A stretch of DNA of 64,000 nt, taken from Kudoa neothunni (Eukaryota > Animalia > Cnidaria). Location: assembly GCA_964304625.1 (NCBI GenBank), contig OZ199840.1, positions 9,594,882 through 9,658,881 of the forward strand, given 5' to 3'. The position numbers were made by a program, and so were the translations under genes. Every line of letters begins with the position of its first letter. Positions within the stretch are counted from its first letter, which is position 1. Positions 1 through 10,606 of the stretch are shown here, in pieces. The notes under the pieces were generated by a model that was not told where the DNA came from, searched no databases, and saw nothing but the letters and a program-made list of their open reading frames with translations.

Positions 1-395
1 TTAAAAGCGCCCCAAATAGAATCAATCCGGTTGGTATGGGGTATGTGTTGGGTGGGTATCGTGACCAACCGTACGATATCTGTCAAAAAATCCGTAAGCT
101 ATTTCAAGGGGACCAGAATTATCAGGCGGACCTACTCCGATTGCCAAAAGTGAGTAATGCGGTTAACCACAAAACGGTACAACTCAAACATGGGTAAAAT
201 TCACACAGGAATACTCAGAGGTGAATGTACACATGTTTGGCCCAGCATTGAATCAGTTTTTGGCACCGCTCACCACATATAACGTTACTTTTTACTAACA
301 TTAGCATTCTCTTTTTTTCGAGTCTTCTTCATTTGTTCTTTCTGCCGCGTGCACTCGAGGATACAACAGTATGGACCCCCACTCGAAACAAACTG

Positions 396-923
396 GCCTG
401 GACAATATGGCATAGTGGTGTTAGGTCGAGATCGCATACCCTGAGATTGCGAGTTCGAAGCCTAGTCCGGGCGTTCATGTACCCCTAATCCGAAATTAAG
501 TAGGGAGACTGTAGTAATCTAATCGTAAGGATCTACGATTTATCGTGGACTTGCTGCAGTAGGGAGGAGAGCCTGGCGGAAGGGTAGAACTCGGACGCTC
601 ATAAACTCATAAACTTTAAACGTTGGAGTACAGGAGCGAAATAAAACCCAGTAGGGGATTTCCATTGAGCCGATTCCCGCATTCAGACGACTTTCTCAGA
701 CTAATTCTGGGTTAGTCCAGGGTGTGGTTGGGGAGATGGTTGCTCCGAAACGAGGATGTTTAATGGGTTAAAATCAAAATCACACACTATCACATAAACG
801 TAAATGTAAGTCGCCTTAATATGACGCTGCGGCGCATAAAGCAAAGCGTAAATGGAGAAGGCTTAACCAGTCCCGCCTTCACAACCTAACAAGTTGCGCC
901 AGGGGTATGACCTTGTAAAAAAA
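396..923 (+). mobile_element. tRNA-derived SINE-like element (copy 1)
   Basis: Pol III A box TGGCATAGTGG (408-418) and B box AGTTCGAAGCC (452-462) lie inside an acceptor-stem-like pairing GCCTGGAC/GTCCGGGC. The body is GC-rich and ends in an A-run. Core and tail are homologous to the minus-strand element at 60955-61441. Confidence 0.7.
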
Positions 924-935
924 TCAAATCTCGAA

Positions 936-1202
936 TTAAAATTTTCCTCTCTGATATGGTAGACAAAGATGCAATATTGACATGATGTATTTCTTCATAG
1001 GCGACACTGAAGAAATAGGACAATATAGAGGAGAAAGACAAAACATTTCCACAATGGAGGGGTTGATTGTTCGAAAATACTGTTTTCTAATTGAGCATTT
1101 CTTTCGACAAAATTTGCAAAATAACTGATGACCTCCACCGGTTTCCTCTCTTGTCGCCATTATCATTATCTGGCTATGGAAACATTTACGATAATTCCTC
1201 AA
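936..1202 (-). pseudogene. possible piggyBac transposase C-terminal cysteine-rich domain remnant
   Basis: ORF contains CKFCRKKCSIRKQ...FCLSPLYC, resembling the piggyBac CRD; no catalytic motifs seen nearby. Confidence 0.3.
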
Positions 1203-1614
1203 AATTTCAACATTAAACAGAGTTTCGATTGTATAACCTATATCATCTCAAAAATAACCATAATCAACTATTTTTATAGTATCTATATTTTCCTAATTAG
1301 CCGTAGAAATTATTTTCGGAGGTTTAGTTTCTTTTTTATAACATCTAATTTAATTGGAAAATTAGGTTTCATACAATAGAATTAAATATATTTATTTATT
1401 ACAAATTATCAGCACATAATCGCCCAAAATAAATTTCGTTATTTTTTTCTGAAATCCAAATACCGCTGGATACATATTTATATATGTATTTTTAGCAAAA
1501 GTGCATTATTTATTTTATTTTTAAATTAATATTTTCAATAATTTATTACGGGTTCACTGAGGAAACGAACGATAAAAGGCATTTTTAGGCAGGCGCACGC
1601 ATGCAGGCCCAAAA

Positions 1615-2805
1615 ATGGATCGGCCCACCGTATGCCACTATTATTTGATGGGAAGGTGTCGATATGGCGATAGTTGTCGATTTTACCATCCACCAGGTAG
1701 ATGGATGCCTAGTTTTATTTTTTAAGTTGTCGATTCTCCACAGAAAACGACCATGTAAACACAAACAACAACAACAACAACAACAACTATAACAATTATT
1801 CGTATAAGAGTTCGTCCAGTGGCACCAACACAGCCAAGTTTTGTGTCGGCGAAGGTTCGAAAAAAATATGGCTTACCCATCAGCAACTGTAAGCTGATTC
1901 ATCTCGGTGGAAATCACTAGCTTCATTTTAAAGGGAAAAATCCTACAAAAACTTTCTTCTTGAAGTTGATGCATTTCGAAGAGAAGACAGTTGGTTGTAT
2001 ATTGATTATATGCCGGCAGGAGCTAATGCACCTTCTTTGGGTATTAGTTTTTGTTGATTGGCAGCGAATTTCTGTGTTTTAAGGAGGAATGGTATTCTCC
2101 CCAGAAGAGGTGAGATATGCACATTACAAATATATGAATCAAGAGAATCGTTACGGGTGTTTGGTATATTTTGTAGGTTGGTCAATAAAATAGTCTTGAT
2201 CTATATTTGTTAGATTCAATATTTGGGGAAAGTAAAAAACGAGAACCTATCCAAAATTATCTCTGTCGCCGATAGTATCAATAATATTGATGATTACAGA
2301 TATGTTGTAATTGCAAAGAGAGGTGGAGCGTGTTTAAGAAACTTTTGGTGTTAGATTTTTCAAAGGTCGGAATCGGAAAAGTTAGAGGAACCGATCCTGC
2401 ACACTCTTTTTGACAACATTATGGAGTCTAGTCATATTGATGAGAATGGGGAGGAGGTTTTCTCAGATGAGCTGTCCACTTCATCTGTAGATTCTGACTC
2501 TGAAACGCCACGGTAATTGTAGGTGTCATCATTCCATTCTAAGTGTTTATTCGAAATCCAGTGTTCAAAACCCGCCTTCGAAACCTCAACAAAATCTCGA
2601 TCGGAGAATCAGAATAAACGTTGATGACGATTTCATCGAAAATGAAGCCAATATGTTTTTAGATTTGACCATTTACTCCTACGAGGGAATCCTAAATGAG
2701 CGATATTTGAAGTCTTACAAAAAGGCGGTTTTTAAAAAAAAACATGGCATTCCACTAGTTCCGCCTACCGCTCAGCTGTGTTCACACCCTATGTATTATT
2801 TCTAG
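1615..2805 (+). CDS. NUP42: Nucleoporin NUP42/NUPL2 (hCG1) homolog, ~7 exons
   Basis: Manual splicing (e.g. introns 1697-1743, 1890-1933, 2041-2083) gives an N-terminal CCCH finger (VCHYYLMGRCRYGDSCRFYHP), the NUP42-type block WLYIDYMP...FSPEEVRYAHY, and a C-terminal Gle1-binding-like motif (...GIPLVPPTAQLC). Confidence 0.8.
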
Positions 2806-3442
2806 TGTGGACAACTTTTACAATTCAAACAATGTTTTCTTATTGTAAAATATTGCGCAAAATTATTTCAGCAATCTCGTTTTTCTTCAAAATTTCCTTT
2901 TTATTTTATCACACACATTATTTTACTGTATGCCTCTATTAGTTGAGTAGTTAAATGACCGAATCTCCTGTGAATTAATTATTTCAAAAAGTACGATTGA
3001 ATATCCATAGATATCCGTAGATATAATCAATCTCATTTATATCATTAAACTCCGGTTTTACTAACTCTCTTTGATAACTACAGTTGTAGCTTGATTGATA
3101 ATAGTAAAATCGGAAGTATTGAAGGGTGGAGTTTGAAATTATATAACAATAATTGTGAATAAATGCTCGATTTTCTTGAGTGTCCTCAAGATAGTTTACA
3201 AATGGCGACGATATAATAATCCTTTTATTTTTGTTGCAAGAAAACAATAATTTATATTAAATTATTTTATAGTCTCCGTATATTAGTGTAATAATTACTT
3301 ATTATATTTAATCGAATTAATAACTAGGATTTATGGATTTTTATTATGCAAATTTTAGTCACCTGAAATAAGGGCGCTATAAATGTTATTTCGACCTTTG
3401 TTAAAGGCAGTGGTTATTGCAACAGATACCTTACTCCTAGAT

Positions 3443-4409
3443 CAGAGGTCACCAAAGTTTTTGACCAGTGTGTCGCATTTCTTATTCTCCTATGCTTTGA
3501 TGGCCGGATTTATTAAAAAAACAATAAAAAATGGAACAAAAATAACATAAATGTTAAAAATTATGATATTTTGTTTAGGCGTGAAACATGACAATAATTT
3601 CTGTCCGATAACGTGTTACCCCACCTCAGTACAAAAAATAATTCCAATCCTAAGAAATGCATTAAGATGCTTAACTGATAACTTATTCTAGTGGTAGTAT
3701 ATCATTTTTGATTCCTCGATGAGATAACGGACGACCTGTCGTCTAATGTATAATTAAAAATATAAAATATTGATTATATTTTTGATTTTAGTTAAGAATT
3801 GCGATTTTTTCTTCACATAAAAATTCATAATTTATCAATTTAATTATGCCCAAGTTATTTAAATGCTAATAAGGTGCTCATTTATTGAGTTTTAAAATTT
3901 TTGGTTTCTATTACAAACCGTCATTTGGATATATGTACATAATCTTATAGTGTCGTAAATACTGTTAGCAAATATCTATAGAACGATGATTATTGTTTCA
4001 TCATGTAAAATTTATAGTATCAAATCAATTAAACTCAAATCGATTAAAAATAAGAGTAATCAGTCAGATTAATCCAAATTATTCGTTAAAATATTTAAGA
4101 ATTTTAAATTGTAAGAAACATAGGAATCAAATAAACCTTGAAACATATGTCTTATCGATTTGTGCATTTTACGTTCAAAATTTTGTTATACTAATGTGTC
4201 GTTTATCTCTTTTATTTCAAATAAAACAAAATAAAAACATCACGAGGAATTAGATAAAGAGTTTTAATTAACATTCATCCAATATGGTAATGTACTGATA
4301 GTTTGAGCAAATCGATTTGGTTACGTGTGCACAAGTGTATTCAAGTTTTAGGGGGGCACCACGGCATGATTTGTGATTTGGTCCGCGAGCTGTACTTTGA
4401 TGAGCCCTG
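3443..4409. mobile_element. non-autonomous hAT (Charlie/Buster-like) element
   Basis: Imperfect TIRs CAGAGGTCACCAAAGT / ACTTTGATGAGCCCTG; flanks TCCTAGAT and TCCTTAAT are a 6/8-matching 8-bp TSD. Confidence 0.65.
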
Positions 4410-5303
4410 TCCTTAATAACATTTACGCATTCGCAGTCTTCCTATTTAACCGCGGCAACTCCTATTTATATTTTTTGTATAAAGTGTATTTTTTAGAATC
4501 TGCTGCATTTAATTATTAATTCTAATTTCTGGCGCTTTTGGGTGTAAAAATAATTCCTTACAGTCAAAACTACACTCACTTGGATAGTATGATCCGCTGC
4601 AATAATCATTTCCTTCAATATTTAATATTTTAATATTTAAATGCGTGTTTAAAGATTCATGAATAAAAGTTGGATGAAATGATACTTAGGGGAACGTATT
4701 ATTCCCAAATATAGCGTCTTCATGCGACATATGCTTTTTTTGGAGCAAAAATAAGAGTTCGCTAGTCTCAAAACTTGTCAAATCCCTTGGACGAGGAAGA
4801 GTTGAGTCCCGTAAAATGAATATTTTTCTTTCCAGAATTTTATATTAATAGGTGATTTTTTTCACAACTTAAAAAATATATTTGCAGACATTTGAGCATA
4901 CTTTTGGAAATGATGGAAAAATAAGAAATGAAACTTGATGGAATACAGTGGACGAAAATTAACTAGAATAAATTTAAAAAAAATAGATACTTTAATAAAT
5001 TATACCATAATAATGTAACTAAAATGTTCAAGTTAAAAATAATGATCGCGCAAGCAATTAACAACCCCAAGTAATATTTTCCTGTTTTTACAATATTCTA
5101 TGGACAAGCATAGTAGGAAAACCTTACATTAAATGAAATTTTTAGGAAAATGGATGGAAAAAATATAATACTAATTGTTTTCTTTATAGAATTAATAAAC
5201 TTAATAAGATAAAAAAGATGGGACCAATAAATTTATATATAAATAACAGCATGAAATGAATATATCCTTGTAAATTGCATAAATAACAACTAAAACGGTT
5301 AAT

Positions 5304-6712
5304 TTACAAGTGAATTTTTTGTTTACGCTGGGCGTAACTCTCAACAGCAATATTCAACACATCCATTAATACTTTGGTTGGTAGGCGGGATGTTCCTATA
5401 AATAAGGATAGTATAAACAAATAATAAAGAAACCAAGTCATACCTTTTGTTTCAAGGTATAAAACATTACCAGTACAATCCACCAAAACATACACCAACA
5501 TGTTTGAGACATTCTCTTCCTCCTGGGTTGGATCGCAAAGAATGTGATACCTAATAAAATTGAATAATAACTCAAATATCTATCCAACACACTCTTTGGT
5601 ATCAGAAACAGCCAAAGTAAAACATATAGGCAGGTTGGAGCTATAGTTAGATATAGCAAATTATTGTTATAGTTGAATGAAAAATCCCATTACATATCCA
5701 CAACAAAGTTATTGCGAACCAATACATCAAGCTCAGGAATCTCATCAGTAACAGTGATAGTAGGCAGAGTTACTACATAGGTATGGGTCAAATATGAGAA
5801 AATATTCGTTCAATTTCATACAATTGTACAACGCTGAACAAATTGCTAAAATGCTGGCGTCAATCAAACATCCGTCCAACGAAATGCAAGTCAAATCAAT
5901 GTACAACACCCAAATCAGCTATATTTAATGCGTCAAATACAACCAACCACCTAAATGAGGTGTGGAGTTGCTAATCAGCTACTTTATTGGGTATAATATC
6001 AAGCTGGCTGGTTTGGAAATATTTTCCATGGATTAAAATGCTATAAGTGCTTGTTAACCAAACACAATTCCTACATTCGCTAAAGTAAACCTTTGAATCA
6101 TTTCACCCAACAAATGACTAAAATATTGACAAGATTGTGATGGAAGCTCATGTTGAACGCTTTTGTTTGTTCTAACTATTGCTTCTGGTAATTGCAGATT
6201 GACACCTTAAACACAAAAATGCTCAAAATAAACGAAATAAACGAAAAGTGCAGGCTGTGTAAGGTTATCGTCAAATAAATACTAATGTATTTGGTTTCAA
6301 AACTGTTGACAGTAATTTCTGATAGATGCTGAAATATTTGATAAAAAAAGTTGTTGCTTTAGCTAGAAATACTGCTTTTATTCCACAACACACGCTCGTA
6401 TTCCCTATACGAACCACACATGATCCATCACTGTTTTCGGCAAAATCTACGATTTTCATGATTATCCTATAGAGTATTTTCTACTGTACTTGGTTTAACA
6501 ATTATTTCATCAACAAATTGATTGAAACTTCGTCCGTCTGTTCGTAACGAACGTAGCTAATAAATCATTATACGATCATAGATGAGAATGACGATTTTTA
6601 CGTGAAATTGTTCGTGGAATTTTTCCAGAAATACTTTCCTACAACAAATTATAATTTTATCCTATAAAAGAAAAAAAAACCTAAACTCAGATCCTTGTCG
6701 TTGTTGCTGCAT
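5304..6712 (-). CDS. EXOSC8: Exosome complex component RRP43 (RNase PH-like), multi-exon
   Basis: Spliced translation shows RTDGRSFNQF, DGSCVVRIGNTSVCCGIKA, KLIWVLYIDLTCISLDGCLIDA and CDPTQEEENVS, collinear with RRP43; stop at 5304-5306. Confidence 0.85.
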
Positions 6713-7060
6713 ATTGCGGATAAGTATGTCCGAGTGCGCGCACTTGTACATACTTCATTACATTTTTCTATTTATAAAATTCGTTATTGCCGTTCATACC
6801 TAAATTATATTCTCAATTTTCATTCGTTTTAAGTATAATAATTTTATTTGAAGAATCAGATAAAAATAAAAATATATTTGCAATCCAGTTGAATTTTTAT
6901 AACCAAATGAAAATGACTCGAATATATAGGTACTCGACTATCAAGTTAGACTAGAAGACAATGATTGTGAACTTTTCGTTTTTATCTGGTGATTGAAATT
7001 GTTGGATCCAGTAAGGTGCGCAAAAGAAAAAGGAGATCCAAGTAAGAACACAAGAGAGAA

Positions 7061-7384
7061 TTGAAAAAAGTGGGACAATTATATGGCTTAAATACAGCGA
7101 GGAGCGCCAGTTCCAGAATTCGATGCGGTGAGGAAAAAAAAATGACTAGTGCAGCGAGGGTTCCGTGGGAAAGTAGTATTTCGTCATCGTTCATTGCTGT
7201 GGTCCATATTCGCCGTATTCCCATGTACCAAATTGTGGAGGAACTGTTGTTGGTTATCTTTGGAGGGAAAACGGGTCATAGGACCAACTTGTCAGCCGTA
7301 GAAATCGAAATTACCGACAACCATATATTTCCCGACTTGTACTCTTATTCTCCCACGGAACATTTGAATGGGAAACTAGTTTAA
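7061..7384 (+). pseudogene. possible decayed MULE-type transposase fragment
   Basis: Frameshifted pieces (KKVGQLYGL / KYSEERQFQNSMR / KMTSAARVP) loosely follow the MULE pattern LGL..Y..D..F...R.L.ALAFVP; weak. Confidence 0.25.
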
Positions 7385-7632
7385 CTTTTCTCACGCAGAA
7401 AGTCGAAGTTCCCATGACTCAACAGAAATATTTGCGGGTAATTTTTAATTCTAGATATGTGTGTTGTTGTTTTTCCCCTCAAGAACGTGTCAGAGATGAA
7501 TCTAATACATGTATAATAAATATTGAAAACAGTGATAAAGTTCGTTTATAAAGCTCCATATATCTTAATTTAATTTTGAAAATTCCATTAAAATCTCCCA
7601 TTGAGACTTGGAATGCTTACTTCTTGTCTTAA

Positions 7633-9240
7633 CCCTCCGATACCCAGGATAAAAACTTACTCATATGTCTGGAGGTGGACATTGAAATATATAAATGAAC
7701 AATGAATTATTTATTAAAACATGTTTTACATGTCATATATTTTATTCTTTATTCATAACAAGTCGATTGATCGCACGTACTCCAGTTTATGCGGCATCGT
7801 TTATTGGGAGACCTGTTATTTTTTATAATTGTTTTGAATTCCTCTAAAAGTTACATTGGAAGGTTATTTTGAGGATTTACCTTTTTGTACTGAAACTTGC
7901 AGTAACTAAGCAATGGAGGGTCCTGGTCCCATGTAATTGAAATGCGTTGTGTGCTGCCGCGTCTGTTATGTTGTATAATACCGTAAATCTCAACATTTTC
8001 GATCTTACCCAGCCCCTCATTTTTAGGATAATAAATTTTCGTCGTGTCTCTTTATGATTTCTCTATGAAGTTCTCAGATAAACCGTATTTTTTATGCAAA
8101 ATAATCATTATTTTAAATATTATAAATAATTAATATTTATACGTGAATTAATAAGTGTACATTTAAATTAATTATATACCTAAATGTATTGTAAAAATTT
8201 GGAATAATTTTCACAGAAAAAACTTTCCATTAATTCTTCTGTTTGAAAAAAATGATCTGAATAAAACAGTTAATTTTTGTAAATATTATTTAGTCTTCTG
8301 GCAATTTTTGCAGTTAAATTAAAATAGGAAATTTCCTGATAATGTTCCTGGATCCGATAGCAACTTTACGCAGAACGAACAATAAGAAATTTCTACGTCC
8401 GTCGAACCTCTGGCACTTGCACAATGAAACCAAAGGGTTCGGTTGAATCCCGGTTGAATCCCAGTTGGGAATCAATGATGTAAAACCTTAGTTTACACCA
8501 AATATATTTCTATAATCTGTTCGTCCTTCGATTCAAATTGGCTGTGAATATTACTTGTTATTGAGTTCCCCGCAGGAATGACGTTCGATGAGTCTTCGAT
8601 TTCTATACCGCTACCAACATCAGGGTTATCGTTAATGGGTCCATCAATAATTGTATCCATTTCCTTAATATTTTTGGATCAACTTACATCAGAATCTTCT
8701 AATGAAATAAACATAAAACCCTCGCCATTATTTATTGTTAGGCTGATAACCTCCTAACGAAAACCCCGTTTTATTCAAAAAATGGCGGGAAATATTCCAG
8801 AATAATGTAGAATAGCATAGATGAATCGTTATACCTTGAGAATATATTAGAAACTTCTGGGAAGATCTATAAAACTAAGATAACTCCGCGATTGACTAGA
8901 TAATCGCACCGTCCACGATCATTTGAAGACACATAAAAATGATAATTATGCTCAAGTAAGAATTAAATTTATTAAAACCTCATTGTTATATAATTTGTAA
9001 TGCATTATCAAGAAAACCATCGGATATACTGGAGCGTCATCCTCTTAAACGCTTGGATGTGAACATTCCTTTTAGAATTTGTGCAATTATTACTCATTCT
9101 AACCTGACTAACTTTAATTGGAAATAAAAAATAATTCTTTCAGAATCGGTACGTAAAATATCAACATTATAAATTCTTTATTAGAATAGTAAATTTAAAA
9201 CACACTTTACTGGGTAGCGTGTCCACCTCCAATCATACGC
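7633..9240 (-). mobile_element. decayed, internally deleted piggyBac-like element
   Basis: TTAA-CCCTCC terminus at 7629; inverted subterminal TGGAGGTGGACA at ~7670 and ~9220; minus-strand LYNITDAAAHNAFQLH (piggyBac D..A..NA motif) near 7930-7980 and acidic N-terminal-like sequence near 8550-8700. The right boundary is approximate. Confidence 0.45.
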
Positions 9241-10606
9241 GGAACTTTTTTTTTAAATCAACGATTAATATATCTTAGACTTTAATTCTTTAGCGTCATT
9301 TTGAAAAAGAAGCCACATCCAGTTAATTTATGTGAAATTATTGTTTGATCCGTCGAAGATGGTCGGATCGGTGGTAAGAATTTATAATTGGCACAACAAT
9401 TCAGTATAAAGATTTCGGTCTCATACAACCTATACCATAGGGACTTGAAAAGACGTAGTTTAGCTTTGGTTTATTATAACCTGATAAGAAGAGATTTTGA
9501 TGGGCTTCACCCTTAAGCTAAGATTTGTTGATTAGTTTTTGACACAACCAAAATCGCTTGATAATTTTGTACATCTATATAATTTTTAAAAAATATAATG
9601 TCGTCTTTCCAATATAAGTATTGTCTAGCTTTTAATTAATTTTATCATTCATATATCATACAGTTTGTGACCAAAAAGTCATTTTAGCGTAAAAGTGAAC
9701 AAGTATTTTATTTTTTTCATTAATTTCAATATCGACTGAATATGTATTTAACTAGCATTTTTATTTTTGAAAATACTATAGATATTAAGGATTTAAAAAT
9801 TCTTAGATACATTAATTCTATGTTTATTACAAGATCATCATTGGATTATTAAACACTATGAGATTTTCAACTTCGTATAAAAATGATTTCAATTATAAAA
9901 AATATTTGTTTTAATTCTCAGATTGTAATATGAATCAATTTACCTGCTGAGTTATATTAAAAATTCGTCTGAGGTTTTTTATTTGAAATTATGATAAATA
10001 ATTCCACAAGATGAGTACAAAAGTGTTGGTTTTGTAGATTTGTAAATCATAATAAGTATTATCAATTTTATTCGTTTATTTTTGAAACATTATTAACTCT
10101 AAATCTAAGCCTTTTCATTAAATATTAACATTTCTTAAATATTTGGAGTTTTCTATTGTTAAAAATGTAGGTGGAGTAATGTCAACACAACTCATGAAAG
10201 GTGAATAAGGTAATTTTTATATGTGACAGGTTGCAGTGCTTAGAACAACCAGGGTAATTACTCTGACAAAATTTCCACTATTTGCTAATTTGCGACGTCG
10301 GTTTTAACTAATAATAACAAATAAGTATATTGAATGAGCTTTAATTTTTTTTACGTAATAAATAACGAAATTATAATTTTTTATCGTAAAATATTTAATA
10401 AAGTGTAGCTATCAAACTTTGAATCTATATATTTTCTCAATAATTATGTTCACTTACAAATTAGGTTAACGCCGAGCACGACGCAAATAACCAAATAGCT
10501 ATCATTTATGTAGGCAAAAAGAGGCTAAAAAAGAAGGGAAATTAGCAGATATTTAAGTTAATAGATAGGGGGTATGTTAAAAATAACGGTTCAAACAAAT
10601 AAGAGG

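Noticed and set aside
190-380. THAP-domain remnant on the minus strand (YCCILEC...W)
   Set aside because: Multiple stops and no intact CxxHF; too weak to call.
396-473. tRNA-Sec gene (GCCYGGA...CGGGCG ends)
   Set aside because: No UCA anticodon arm or long variable arm; continues into a SINE body.
1126-1185. Hammerhead ribozyme core (CTGATGA...GAAA); also considered at 29110-29170
   Set aside because: Stems I-III could not be formed around the core motifs.
5438-5659. Hydrophobic ORF resembling a PIG-P-type membrane protein
   Set aside because: Alternative frame across EXOSC8 exons and an intron.
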